From: Candidatus Latescibacterota bacterium
GTDB taxonomy: Bacteria; Latescibacterota; UBA2968; UBA8231
Length of the DNA stretch: 64,000 nucleotides
Assembly: GCA_965217585.1 (NCBI GenBank)
Contig: OZ244561.1
Coordinates: forward strand, 1,728,001-1,792,000
Direction: 5' to 3'
A program made the translations under genes and the position numbers. Position 1 is the stretch's first letter. The number at the start of each line of letters is the position of its first letter. The notes under the pieces were generated by a model. It did no database searches. It had not been told where the DNA came from and saw only the letters and a list, made by a program, of their open reading frames with translations. Below are positions 28,674-38,603 of the stretch, in pieces.

Positions 28674-30210
28674 TCCGCCTGTCTACGACGTACAGTATTG
28701 GGCGAACTGGAGCATGCCCTATGGCTTGTTGCGTGTCGCATCGTGGCTTCAGGGCAAGGGCTACATGCTGAAGCTGATCGACTGCATGGAGGCCAACAAG
28801 CGGCGAACCGTACCCAAGCAGATGCGGTGTGTACGAAAACTCGGCTCAGCGGACGAACCCTTCACGCCGGGCAAGTGGACGGACTACGAACCGCAGCCCG
28901 ACGAAAAGATCGAGTACGTGTTCGGCATGCCGCTAAAGGAACTGCGGAAACGGCTCGAAGCGATCAAGGTACGTGCAAGGTATGTGCGTGAATCGCTGTT
29001 CGACGAAGTAGCCTTTCCAGAGCCAGATGAAATCTGGATTTCGTCGATCATGACGTACTGGTGGGAAAGCACTCGCGACGTGATCGAAGTCTGTCGGCAA
29101 GTGTTTCCGAAGGCCGTGTTCCGTGTTGGTGGAATCTACCCGACGCTCATTCCCGAACACGCGATGCAGAACCTCGGGTTGAATGATCCACTGCACTTGA
29201 TGGGTCGCGAGTTGGATCCGCTTAATGCCAAGCAGAAGAAGCGTGACATCGTAGTGTCCGCGACGATCCCCGATGCGAATCCACTCCCACTTGCCATTGA
29301 GTTGTACGACAAGGACGGTGCAGGCGACGACGAAGATGGCGAAGAAGGCGAGAAATTGCCCGATTACCTCATCATGACGACGAGTCGTGGCTGTCCTTTC
29401 AAGTGTGCTTACTGTTCGGCCAACGTTTTGAACGAAGGCCGAAAGATCTGGGTTCGGGAATACGAGGTTGCGTACGATGAGATCAAGCGGCGGTTTGAGC
29501 AAGGAATTCGGGAATTCTGTTTCTATGAGGACAACCTGCTGCTCGGCAGAGATAATTTCAAGCAGCTTTGTCGACTGATTCGTGACGACCGCGATTTGAA
29601 AGGGATCGAGTTGCACGCACCAGAGGGCATTGAAGTCCGCCTGCTGCACGAAGACACCGTCCAACTGATGCGTGACGCTGGCTTCAAGAGGTTATACCTG
29701 CCGCTCGAAACCGTCAATGCGAACATGGCCAAATCGTGGCAACGGACGCACACAAACATGGACAAGTTCTTCTACGCGTTGAACAACGCGGAGAAGGCCG
29801 GCTTCAAGTTGCGTTGCCAAGACATCAACTGCTTCATTCTCTTCGGCCTGCCAGACGAAGACCTGCAAGCGGTGTACGACACAATCACATTTGCCTCAAG
29901 CCGAGTCGGCTCTGTGATTCCCATGCTGTTCACTCCAGTGCCAAGCACGCCATTGTTCGAGCAGTACCGACCGTACATCGAAGACAAAGGTTTCGATCTA
30001 CACCACTTGAATGGAAAGCTGCTTCCTTTCCTCGATTACAATCGCCACAAGTACAAGTCGCTATCAGTACACGACTACAACTCAATCGAAGGGTTGATGT
30101 GGAGACTCAATGCGAAAGTTCGCAACGCGAGTTTCAATCTCGGCGGCGAGGGTCGAGTAGCGAGGGCGTTCCGAGAAGTGTACAACGCGATGGAACCGAT
30201 GTCTGTCTGA
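28642..30210 (+). CDS. Cobalamin-binding radical SAM enzyme (class B-like)
   Basis: GAGG then TTG 28642; LLISPP..MPYGLLR, GGIYPT, TSRGCPFKCAYC, FYEDN, FILFGLP. Confidence 0.9.
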   Translation: MKRPPSALLISPPVYDVQYWANWSMPYGLLRVASWLQGKGYMLKLIDCMEANKRRTVPKQMRCVRKLGSADEPFTPGKWTDYEPQPDEKIEYVFGMPLKELRKRLEAIKVRARYVRESLFDEVAFPEPDEIWISSIMTYWWESTRDVIEVCRQVFPKAVFRVGGIYPTLIPEHAMQNLGLNDPLHLMGRELDPLNAKQKKRDIVVSATIPDANPLPLAIELYDKDGAGDDEDGEEGEKLPDYLIMTTSRGCPFKCAYCSANVLNEGRKIWVREYEVAYDEIKRRFEQGIREFCFYEDNLLLGRDNFKQLCRLIRDDRDLKGIELHAPEGIEVRLLHEDTVQLMRDAGFKRLYLPLETVNANMAKSWQRTHTNMDKFFYALNNAEKAGFKLRCQDINCFILFGLPDEDLQAVYDTITFASSRVGSVIPMLFTPVPSTPLFEQYRPYIEDKGFDLHHLNGKLLPFLDYNRHKYKSLSVHDYNSIEGLMWRLNAKVRNASFNLGGEGRVARAFREVYNAMEPMSV

Positions 30211-30216
30211 TTTGCG

Positions 30217-31068
30217 TCAAGTTGGTCGTTCGACCTGCGGCGGATAGAGCTCGGTCCGCGGGATCATCCTGTCCATTCGACGCAGGGGATAGTTGATTAT
30301 CTCTGCGAGAGAATCTGCTTGCGTCAGATCGGGTAGAGCTCCCGGTTGCTTCACGAATTCGGCATAGAAGTGAACGAGATGGTGCTCTCCATCCGTGCCT
30401 GTTGTGGAACTACTATAAACTGTCGGTATTTCAAAGTGCACAGCGAAACCATATGACATGCCTACTTGCCAGCAGAGAAAAGGAAAGCACAGTTTGAGTC
30501 GCGTTGCCTGGTTTCGCTGGTGAGCTTCACAGCACTCCTCAATACCTTTCCAGCCGCGCAAAGCCTCCGGAACGTTGTCTATGAACTGGGAGTATTCCTT
30601 AGCACCCTTGTCGCGGACGTTAAACGTTGCGATCAAGATGAATGAGTCGCTTCGTTGCGATTGCTGGTGAATAAGGCTGCGAATTGCATCGACACATCGA
30701 GAGTTACCCTCTGCGGTTGGATACACGAATCCACCGTAGAAATCCAAATTGTAAAGGTCATAGACATCGTTCGTATTTACGAGGAACTCCAGAACATTGT
30801 CTTGAACGAAGTGTATGGGCAAATCGAGTGATCTACGATCCCATTCTATACGCATGTCCGACAGGACATCTTCCTCCATTTCCACCGCACACACAGACCG
30901 TAACTCGTCATGCCACGCCGAAATATCCAAAAACTCCACACTTGGCATGCCGCAGTATGTCAGGCCCAGTTGAATCTTGTGCAAGGATCGAAATGCCCTG
31001 ATACTCCGAGCGTCACGCCGACGTAGCTCACGCTTGGCTTGACTGTCTGGAAACCGATTGAATGGCAT
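30217..31068 (-). CDS. SAM-methyltransferase-fold protein A
   Basis: YCGMPS.EFLD, CAVE, YNLDFYG; same motif order as 33333-34169; abuts GHKL2 stop. Confidence 0.55.
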   Translation of the reverse strand: MPFNRFPDSQAKRELRRRDARSIRAFRSLHKIQLGLTYCGMPSVEFLDISAWHDELRSVCAVEMEEDVLSDMRIEWDRRSLDLPIHFVQDNVLEFLVNTNDVYDLYNLDFYGGFVYPTAEGNSRCVDAIRSLIHQQSQRSDSFILIATFNVRDKGAKEYSQFIDNVPEALRGWKGIEECCEAHQRNQATRLKLCFPFLCWQVGMSYGFAVHFEIPTVYSSSTTGTDGEHHLVHFYAEFVKQPGALPDLTQADSLAEIINYPLRRMDRMIPRTELYPPQVERPT

Positions 31069-32672
31069 TACTCTATCAATCCATGTTGGCGAAAGACCTG
31101 ATAGATCCCTTCGCAGATGTCTGTGATAGACTCGTCATCAGCCGGCAGCTTGTTTTCAACCACGTGGACGATGTCAGAAAGCAGTTCTTCAGCGTCGAAC
31201 TCGAGGTGTTCTTCATCACGACTCGGTTGTGCGTCATCGTCCACATCGCCTCCATCGTCATCCGGCTTATCTTCTTCAGTGGCTTCGACATCATCTTTAG
31301 TGTCCTCATCAACCTCGTCTTCAGCTTCCTGTTCCAGCAGCTCCGTGAGTGCGGTAATAAGTCGGTTTCGACGGTCTTTTAAATCCTGCGTTGCTAACAG
31401 TGTACGAAGACGACGCTTTACCTTCTCTTGCGGAGTCCTGCCCCGCGTCAACGTACGCTGTTGCTCAAGCTTCTCCAGTTGATCCGAAATCTTATCGGGA
31501 GTAATTTCATCTGGGGCGTCGACGATTTCTTGTGCGAAGTCTAGTTCCTTCTTCTTCGTATTGAACTGTGACAGTGCTCGGCTGTCCGCGATGCGGTCCT
31601 CATAGAAGCCACGAATCGCTTCGATAGCTCGGCGAGCCATTACATCAAGCTCAAGTGCTGTGCGAGGAGTATCTGGTACGATGGCAGGATTCGTGATGTG
31701 GACCGCACCTACGTGCCAGTGGAGATGTGTGCGGCTGGACAGCTTGAGCTTGTTTACAATCCCGAATGCCGACCCATCCTCATCGTCGTATATCCCAATC
31801 GGCCCAACTGCAAAGTTGCGAATGCGAAGGCGGAAACTGCGATATTGAAAGTCCCGGGGCGTAATCGATCGATGGTCAGAACAATACCAGCAGCGTGCAT
31901 ACTCCTCGCCATTTGCCGTGAGCGTCTTAAAGCAAGGTTTTTCGAGGTCTGCCGGAAACTGTTGGAAGACTTCCCCGCCTTCGACGAGGATCGGAAACTC
32001 TTGATAGCCTTCAATCCCATGTAGGTGTTGGCTGAGCACTGTCGCATGTTCAAACTGCGGGTCAATCTTGCAGGGAAGATTCTGGCTTACAATCCGTTTT
32101 AGCTCCTCAGCATCAGTCAACTTGAGGTAGTCGCCTTGAAGTCCAAGAAGCTTGACGATCGTGTAGTGGTCGGTCTCCGGGGCTCCATCTGCCTCGATGC
32201 GAAAGCGATCGTCAAGTAACTCTTTGATGTTAATGTCTTCATGTACATGTTCGATGATTTTCGCGAAGTCAATCGCAAGACGGTAGCGCTTCCCATCGCC
32301 TTCCTTGGTCGTTTCAATCTCCAACCTGTCACACGCCTGAAACCCGGCCCAAATCCCGATCCCGCGAAATCCAGTCATGTTCCCGTCAAGTTCCGACTTC
32401 GGTGATACGGCGATTTTCTTACACGCCTTTATCGCCGCTTCATCCATCCCGATTCCGTTGTCTTGGATCGATATCGTAAAGTTGTCCACAACGCGAACGT
32501 TGATTGTTGGGTGCTCTGGCAGCGTGTTTAACTCCTGATAGGAGTCACACGCGTTCTGTACGTACTCCCGGAGCACGCCCTCATGTGTGTACATGCCGCG
32601 TGCGAGATTCGCGAGCAAACGGGCACCAATGTCGTCGATGGTGAATTCGTCATCTAGTTGTGTCCAAGGCAT
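31068..32672 (-). CDS. GHKL (HSP90/MORC-like) ATPase 2
   Basis: LREYVQNACDS, IQDNGIGMD, GFRGIG; acidic C-terminal linker; AAAGGAG RBS. Confidence 0.88.
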   Translation of the reverse strand: MPWTQLDDEFTIDDIGARLLANLARGMYTHEGVLREYVQNACDSYQELNTLPEHPTINVRVVDNFTISIQDNGIGMDEAAIKACKKIAVSPKSELDGNMTGFRGIGIWAGFQACDRLEIETTKEGDGKRYRLAIDFAKIIEHVHEDINIKELLDDRFRIEADGAPETDHYTIVKLLGLQGDYLKLTDAEELKRIVSQNLPCKIDPQFEHATVLSQHLHGIEGYQEFPILVEGGEVFQQFPADLEKPCFKTLTANGEEYARCWYCSDHRSITPRDFQYRSFRLRIRNFAVGPIGIYDDEDGSAFGIVNKLKLSSRTHLHWHVGAVHITNPAIVPDTPRTALELDVMARRAIEAIRGFYEDRIADSRALSQFNTKKKELDFAQEIVDAPDEITPDKISDQLEKLEQQRTLTRGRTPQEKVKRRLRTLLATQDLKDRRNRLITALTELLEQEAEDEVDEDTKDDVEATEEDKPDDDGGDVDDDAQPSRDEEHLEFDAEELLSDIVHVVENKLPADDESITDICEGIYQVFRQHGLIE

Positions 32673-33115
32673 CTGGAACTCTCTCCTTTAGCAAACGCGG
32701 CGGCGAAACGCCGTAGCAGGCACAGGGCATGGCGTTAATGACTTTAAGGCGTGCGAGTGGCGTCAATTCCGCTGGATCGCCTTTGCAAAAGGGCGTCAGC
32801 ATCACATCAGAACAGCCCAGTTCGTTAAGTCGCTCGCGAAACCACATGAAAATCTCCGCCTGACGGTGAGTAGGCAGTCGAATCTTCTTTATGTGTTCCT
32901 TACTTCCCTTGGCTTGACGAGCGAGTTCACTTAGTGATATCGTCTCTTCGGGTGCAATCTCACGGGCAAATGCTTCGGCCGCTTCTGGGTATCGTTTCGC
33001 GATGATGGATGCCGTTGTCGGCGCGAATAGTAGGATGTCCAACGTAAGTCGCCAACTAGCTGTGCCAAGTCGCTCTCGGCTCAATTGAAGTAAGTCGGGA
33101 TACTCTTCGATTTGC
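32650..33115 (-). pseudogene. 3' fragment of an SPL-like radical SAM gene (diverged copy of ~35870-36283)
   Basis: QIEEYPDLLQLSRERLG...MPCACYG versus QIEEYPDFLRLCRDRLG...MPCACYG; no N-terminus. Confidence 0.9.
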
Positions 33116-33327
33116 ACTATCTGAACGGCAAGTTACTTCCGTTTCTCGACTACAATCATCGCAAGTACACGTCACTTTCGGTTCACAACTACAACTCCAT
33201 TGAGGGGCTGATGTGGCGATTGAATGCGAAAGTTCGCAATGCCAGCTTCAATCTTGGTGGCGAGGGCAGAGTTGCCCAAGCATTTCGCGAGGTATTCCTC
33301 TATCATGCAGAACTGGTCGCAACGTAG
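33106..33327 (+). pseudogene. 3' fragment of a B12-radical SAM gene (diverged copy of 29992-30181)
   Basis: FDLHYLNGKLLPFLDYN...GGEGRVAQAFREV versus FDLHHLNGKLLPFLDYN...GGEGRVARAFREV. Confidence 0.92.
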
Positions 33328-33332
33328 CAATG

Positions 33333-34169
33333 TCAGTCGAAGATGTTTGGGACTTCCGGTTCCGGCATCATCGCGAATGCGTGCGGAAACTCGTCAAAGT
33401 GAACGTCATCTAGCTTGCGAGAGCTGCCGTCCTTTCGCTCGACTCGGTAGAGCCATAGTCCCATGGGACTTCGACTGTCACGGTACTTGAATTTTCCAAG
33501 CAATTGTGGACTGGGTATTTCTTTCTGACCGAGTTTACGGAGACTACTCTCTCGTCGGCTGAAGCTAATCGCGACGAGTAGGTCAACGTGGTTTCTCCCG
33601 CGAAATTCCTTGTCGAGTCGAGACGGCTGGAAAAACAGTCGGAACGATCGGTCGTACTTCCCCATAATGTTTTGATTGTGAATCACTCGCGGTGTGAGGC
33701 ACGACGTTACTAACAAAAAATCTCCAATTCGCATGAGCCCAGAGTCCAACAGATACTCCAAGTCATTCGCTTCTTTGTCTTTGAATGTGCCCGTATAGTC
33801 GAGAAAGTAAACAAAGGTGCAGTCTGATCGGATTGCTTCCAGCTTCTCTAGTGCCGAGGGAAACTGAGCGGGGATAATGTCTATTGTGATTGTCTTGACC
33901 TTCGATAGTGTTGTGGCGACAGGGCACTCTTGCGAGCGCTGGGCCAAGTCTGTGTCATGTTCATAAGATATGATTCCTATCTCGTGGTCCCGCACATTGA
34001 AGACGCCGACTAGGTCCATCGCGTCATAAAGATCTTCGCCTCCGAACGTGACGTAAGCGAACTTTTGCGGCAGGCCAAAATCCTTGCGAATTAATCGGAA
34101 ACACTGGTTCAACGCCAATCGCTTCTGGATGCGATATGGCTGTGGCACATCGCCATAGGTTGCTGTCAC
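33333..34169 (-). CDS. SAM-methyltransferase-fold protein B (Methyltransf_35-like)
   Basis: YVTFGGEDLYD, ISYE, YFLDYTG, FKYRDS.SPM. Confidence 0.6.
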   Translation of the reverse strand: MTATYGDVPQPYRIQKRLALNQCFRLIRKDFGLPQKFAYVTFGGEDLYDAMDLVGVFNVRDHEIGIISYEHDTDLAQRSQECPVATTLSKVKTITIDIIPAQFPSALEKLEAIRSDCTFVYFLDYTGTFKDKEANDLEYLLDSGLMRIGDFLLVTSCLTPRVIHNQNIMGKYDRSFRLFFQPSRLDKEFRGRNHVDLLVAISFSRRESSLRKLGQKEIPSPQLLGKFKYRDSRSPMGLWLYRVERKDGSSRKLDDVHFDEFPHAFAMMPEPEVPNIFD

Positions 34170-34178
34170 AGAAAGACC

Positions 34179-35855
34179 CTACTTTAAGGATTCGATCTTC
34201 TTGAGGAATTGATCGCGAATGGTGTATGAGAGTTTGCCTATGTCACCATCACATTTGAAGACCTTCAAAGCCTTCTCCAACGTCGGAGCAGGAACGGAGA
34301 GCGCGATTCCCGACAACAAGCAGTCGCGAATCGCGCTCGCCATCTCCTCTTCACAGTTAACTGCAAATCGCTCCAGTAATTCGTCGAACTCGACTGGAGT
34401 AAAAGTCAGCGTCACGACTCGCTCATCATCCTCTTCCGTGACCGCCATCTCTGCCTTGGATTCACTGGGTTCTCTCTTGCGGGCATCACCGTTGGTTTCC
34501 GACGTTTTTTTCGGCCGTGAACCAAACGACCATTTCGGCAATGACGAGGTTCCCGGCTGGCTCACGTTGAGCTTTACTTCCGAGACAGACGCCGCACTCT
34601 CGAGAGGTTTTGCCTCTAGTTCGCTTTGACGAAGACCAGTGTCATTCGCAAACTTGCGTCCGATGTCCGCGTACGCTTTGACGATGGGGCGAAGCGTCTG
34701 CCTCAGCCAAATGCTTACTGGGTGATCATGCATGTACTCACGTTTGTGTGTATCCCATGGGATTGCGAAACTGTGCCCAGTGATGATTAGCTCACCTCGG
34801 AACAAGTCGTGCCCCTTGGTTCCCGTCGCGAGCCCCGACGTACCAAATCCGAATTCCGTCTTAAGGAACTTCTCGATCAGACGACCGTTGCCGTATACAT
34901 CCACGCCCCAATCTGGCTGAAGTCCCTCTTTCTTGCTGGGCAGTTTCCGCGTCAAACCACACTTGAAGCCGAAATCAAGCTTGATGTCATTTCCAGACTG
35001 GAGGAAGTCCTTGAATGTGTGTGAAAACGTATAGACACGCGGGCCAGCGTCCCTTGGGTTGGACCAATCAACATCCATTGCAGGTTCAACCTCAACACCG
35101 TTGACCGTGATGACGATTCGGCGACTCACAATTTCTCCAGCCAGCAGCGGTCGGTAAATGATCCCGACACGTTTGATCAACTCGTCGATCTCATCTTGGG
35201 TTGGCGGTGCAAACAACTTGTAGAAATAGATGTGTGTGTTGCCGGCTCCGATCGGTTTCGCACTCCCGTCCATCGTTTCCCAATTTGGCTTCAATTCCCA
35301 CTTTTCTGGAACCTCGCTTGTGGCGGAAAACGTGGCCGCTGTACATGAAACGATCTTGGCACCATCCGTTAATCGGAAAATACCTTTCTTTGCACCCATC
35401 CCAAACGAACCAATTGTGTTTTTTGAGAAGTCTCGATTTGTTGTCTCACCGGGAATGAACACTTTGTAGACATCGCTCTCGTCCACGCCACCTGCATTGT
35501 CAAAGAATGTTCCCGTAAGCAATTCGAGATCGTAATCAATGTCGATCTTGAGGTTACGCTTGGCTCCTTCAGACCTCCATTTGTCGATCGAGTTGTCGAT
35601 CAATTCAAAGTTGGCTTCATAGAAGGAAAGGTCCCGACGGGCACTGACGACAAGGTCTTTTGGCGGATTGTGTGGGATCGCACGCGGCTCGACGGTCTGC
35701 TGTGGCAAGCTCCCGAAGAACTCACGAACGTGCTGAAAGAAATCCATCGCCTTGTCAAAACGGCCCGCAAGTTCATCGTCGTCCAAGTTCTCTAACAGCG
35801 TCACTTGCTCGTCAGTAGCAAGACGCTCCCAAGCCCGTCTTTCCTTCTTAGCCAT
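34179..35855 (-). CDS. GHKL (MORC-like) ATPase 3
   Basis: FELIDNSID, FDNAGGVD, IGSFGMGAK, DVYGNGRLI; ATG 35855 overlaps the upstream stop. Confidence 0.88.
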   Translation of the reverse strand: MAKKERRAWERLATDEQVTLLENLDDDELAGRFDKAMDFFQHVREFFGSLPQQTVEPRAIPHNPPKDLVVSARRDLSFYEANFELIDNSIDKWRSEGAKRNLKIDIDYDLELLTGTFFDNAGGVDESDVYKVFIPGETTNRDFSKNTIGSFGMGAKKGIFRLTDGAKIVSCTAATFSATSEVPEKWELKPNWETMDGSAKPIGAGNTHIYFYKLFAPPTQDEIDELIKRVGIIYRPLLAGEIVSRRIVITVNGVEVEPAMDVDWSNPRDAGPRVYTFSHTFKDFLQSGNDIKLDFGFKCGLTRKLPSKKEGLQPDWGVDVYGNGRLIEKFLKTEFGFGTSGLATGTKGHDLFRGELIITGHSFAIPWDTHKREYMHDHPVSIWLRQTLRPIVKAYADIGRKFANDTGLRQSELEAKPLESAASVSEVKLNVSQPGTSSLPKWSFGSRPKKTSETNGDARKREPSESKAEMAVTEEDDERVVTLTFTPVEFDELLERFAVNCEEEMASAIRDCLLSGIALSVPAPTLEKALKVFKCDGDIGKLSYTIRDQFLKKIESLK

Positions 35856-37245
35856 GATTGGTCCTTTGGGGTGGAGTCGTTCCGTAGCATGCACACGGCA
35901 TTGCACTGATTATTTTGAGTCTTGCCAGCGGCGTAAGTTCGTTCGGGTCACCTTTGCACGGCGTCAGCATAACGTCTGAACAGCCCAATTCGTTTAGTTG
36001 TTCGCGAAACCACATGAAAATCTCAGCTTGACGATCAGCCGGGGGACGGATCTTTTTTACGTGTTTCTTGCTTCCCTTGGCTTGGCGAGCGAGTTCTCGC
36101 AGCGACGTGGTTCCGTCAGGTGCAATCTCACGTGCGAATACCTCAGCCGCCTCCGGGTATCGCGTCGCGATGATGGACGCCGTTGTTGGCGTGAATCGGA
36201 GGATGTCGAGTGTCAATCGCCAACCAGTTGTTCCGAGTCGGTCGCGGCACAAGCGGAGAAAATCAGGATACTCTTCAATCTGCTGCCAAACGGCTGTCAT
36301 GCGAATGACCGGATCGATAGCTCCGGCTTCCACTGCCCATGCGAGACTTTCGAGCAATTCTTCGGCGGGCGACCCGTTAGGAGCCACCCAGCGGCGAACT
36401 GACTCCGGCATGAGCGAAATCCCCACTTGAACCTTGCCGTTGAATCTCAGGTACTGCGGATATCGAATCTTGGTGAGGAAGAACGGTGTGACTTCGGCTT
36501 CGTTGCAGGCGTCGATGACGAACTGAATCATTGAGCCGTTTCCATCCTCGTCAGAAAACCATTCGTCGTACTCAACGAGACCGCTGGTTTCGCCAAAGTT
36601 GATTGGGTATTCGTACTGAAACCACTTCTGCCGTAGCTCAGCAGCTAGGTCTTCCCAGTTCAGAGCCACGTCCATGCCGTCCGTGTATGGCATGTTGAGG
36701 TAGCAGTACGGGCATTCCACCGGACAAAAGCCGACGGCGACCGATGCCTTCATGAATCCTTTCGTGATCGTCCCGTCCTTGTTCCGTACCATCGGACGAG
36801 TCCATTCGCCACACGTCGTTCCTTGCCCGCCAAGAAACGGGCTGACGAATTTCGCCTTTCCCGTGCCACCGCGATTCGTGAGATACAGGCTCTGCCTCTT
36901 CGCGGTAAATGGGTCCGCGTCCACAATGAACTCGTTTCTGAATAACTCAACCGCATTTCCGACCGTTTGATTGTGTCCGCCTTGTCGTTTGACGATGAAT
37001 CGTGCGAGGCCCGCAGCCGGCCCAGCTTGAAACCGTTCCGCAGCATCAGCTTCGTCATCATCGTGGACGGCGAGCATCACCAGAGGCGGATCGATACCCC
37101 ACTGTTTGCGAGTCTGAAGTACACGCAGGACACGGGAAGCCTGTGACTTGTTGCAGAGCAGCGGACCAGCGACCGTGATCAAGCGAATCCGATTGAGGTT
37201 CTCACGGACGATTTTCCGCGTTTGATCAGAGGCTACTGTTTCCAT
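35848..37245 (-). CDS. Spore-photoproduct-lyase-like radical SAM protein
   Basis: GFCPVECPYCYLN (CxxxCxxC followed by YL), GETS, FFLTK, ISL; C-terminal CAC. Confidence 0.75.
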   Translation of the reverse strand: METVASDQTRKIVRENLNRIRLITVAGPLLCNKSQASRVLRVLQTRKQWGIDPPLVMLAVHDDDEADAAERFQAGPAAGLARFIVKRQGGHNQTVGNAVELFRNEFIVDADPFTAKRQSLYLTNRGGTGKAKFVSPFLGGQGTTCGEWTRPMVRNKDGTITKGFMKASVAVGFCPVECPYCYLNMPYTDGMDVALNWEDLAAELRQKWFQYEYPINFGETSGLVEYDEWFSDEDGNGSMIQFVIDACNEAEVTPFFLTKIRYPQYLRFNGKVQVGISLMPESVRRWVAPNGSPAEELLESLAWAVEAGAIDPVIRMTAVWQQIEEYPDFLRLCRDRLGTTGWRLTLDILRFTPTTASIIATRYPEAAEVFAREIAPDGTTSLRELARQAKGSKKHVKKIRPPADRQAEIFMWFREQLNELGCSDVMLTPCKGDPNELTPLARLKIISAMPCACYGTTPPQRTNHG

Positions 37246-38603
37246 CGCTTCGCCCTTTCCTCAAAACTCTCGACGCGGGTGACGCGGCCGATATTCTCCG
37301 TGACAACATAAGCCCAGCCACGAGGCAATTTCGTCACGACCTCGTAGATGTCGCTGAACGAGTGAGCATTGCGAATCTTCCGGTGTAGTTGCCGCGAGAC
37401 GCTGCTGTTGTCGTCCCCGACCTGAAACACGAGCTTCGTCGCCGTGTTTGCGAACGCAACAGAACTGAAGTCGTCAGGCTGTTGCGACGCAAGAACCACG
37501 CCGACCCCAAACTTTCGGCCTTCGCGAAGCAGCTTCTCGGCCGGTGACCCATTATCGAAAGACAACTTGTGGGCTTCATCCATCACTACAAAGCACCGAA
37601 GCGGTCCCGGACCGAGCGATTCGACATACCCGATGAAGTTCCACAACAGGAACTCAGTCACGGCTTTCTCAAGCGAGTATTCTAGCCCTTTCAGCTTCAC
37701 CACAAATACTCTTCCGTCTGAACGCAGCATATCGCCCCACTGCATGTCCTGTCCGTTTGAACGGAACGTATTGAACACAAACACGGTCGAGATGTGTGAC
37801 GCAACATTCGCAGCGAGTCGCCGATTCGGATGCCCCGGATCATCGGCATAACTTTCAAGCTGATGCTGAAGGTTGAGGAAAGGCGGAGCTTCTTGTCGTT
37901 CCTCGGCATCAGACCCCGGCAGCACATCAAGGACCGCTTGCCGAAGCATCGCGTGCTGTTGGATGCCGATACCTGAATAGATCCGCTTGAACGTGTCTGC
38001 GACTCGTTGGGCGACGCTCACCGGCCCATGTAAGTCAAACGGGTATCCTTGAAGTGGGTTGATGTTGACGCCGTTACGTCCTGCGTCCAGCTCCTCCGGC
38101 TCGCCAAACTGCAGGAACTCTTGTGGTGAATTGTCGAGCGAGAATCCCTGAGAGTAATCGAAAACGATCGATGGAATCCTGCGTTGTGCCAACTCTGTCA
38201 GCAGGCAGGAGACCGCATAGGTCTTACCAAAGCCGCTTTCACCCAGAACGAGCACGTGGGGATTCGCTGACCCACTTGCTGGATCAGGATTCCAGTACAC
38301 CGGCTCTTCGCTTTCCGCGTCAGCCCCAATCAGCACGGGATCGAACGAGGCGTCCGCGCCGTCCAAGTTGCGAGTTTCCTTGAGGATCGCGTCGACTCGT
38401 TCGCGGCTCTGGCGGATCGGTTCTTCGTTGCTGGCACGCGAGGATAGCTCATAAGTACCTATTGTGACGTGAGCGTTGATCGCGGACACCTGAGCCGGCG
38501 TTACGCCGACTCGTGCCGCGATCGTCTTGCGGTCATGGCCCTGCGATAGGAGGTCCAGAACCTCTTCTCGTTGAGACTTACTTATCCTCTTCGCCATTCC
38601 CAT
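37233..38603 (-). CDS. HTH plus HerA/FtsK-like (DUF87) ATPase
   Basis: N-terminal HTH (RKTIAARVGVTPAQVS); Walker A GESGFGKT; Walker B VVMDEAH; REGRKFG; LASQ. Confidence 0.85.
   Translation of the reverse strand: MGMAKRISKSQREEVLDLLSQGHDRKTIAARVGVTPAQVSAINAHVTIGTYELSSRASNEEPIRQSRERVDAILKETRNLDGADASFDPVLIGADAESEEPVYWNPDPASGSANPHVLVLGESGFGKTYAVSCLLTELAQRRIPSIVFDYSQGFSLDNSPQEFLQFGEPEELDAGRNGVNINPLQGYPFDLHGPVSVAQRVADTFKRIYSGIGIQQHAMLRQAVLDVLPGSDAEERQEAPPFLNLQHQLESYADDPGHPNRRLAANVASHISTVFVFNTFRSNGQDMQWGDMLRSDGRVFVVKLKGLEYSLEKAVTEFLLWNFIGYVESLGPGPLRCFVVMDEAHKLSFDNGSPAEKLLREGRKFGVGVVLASQQPDDFSSVAFANTATKLVFQVGDDNSSVSRQLHRKIRNAHSFSDIYEVVTKLPRGWAYVVTENIGRVTRVESFEERAKRWKQ

Noticed and set aside
37233-38603. 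Conjugative VirB4/TraG coupling protein or Dnd phosphorothioation locus
   Set aside because: No TM segments, T4SS or relaxase genes, and no dndC/dndD/dndE homologs visible.
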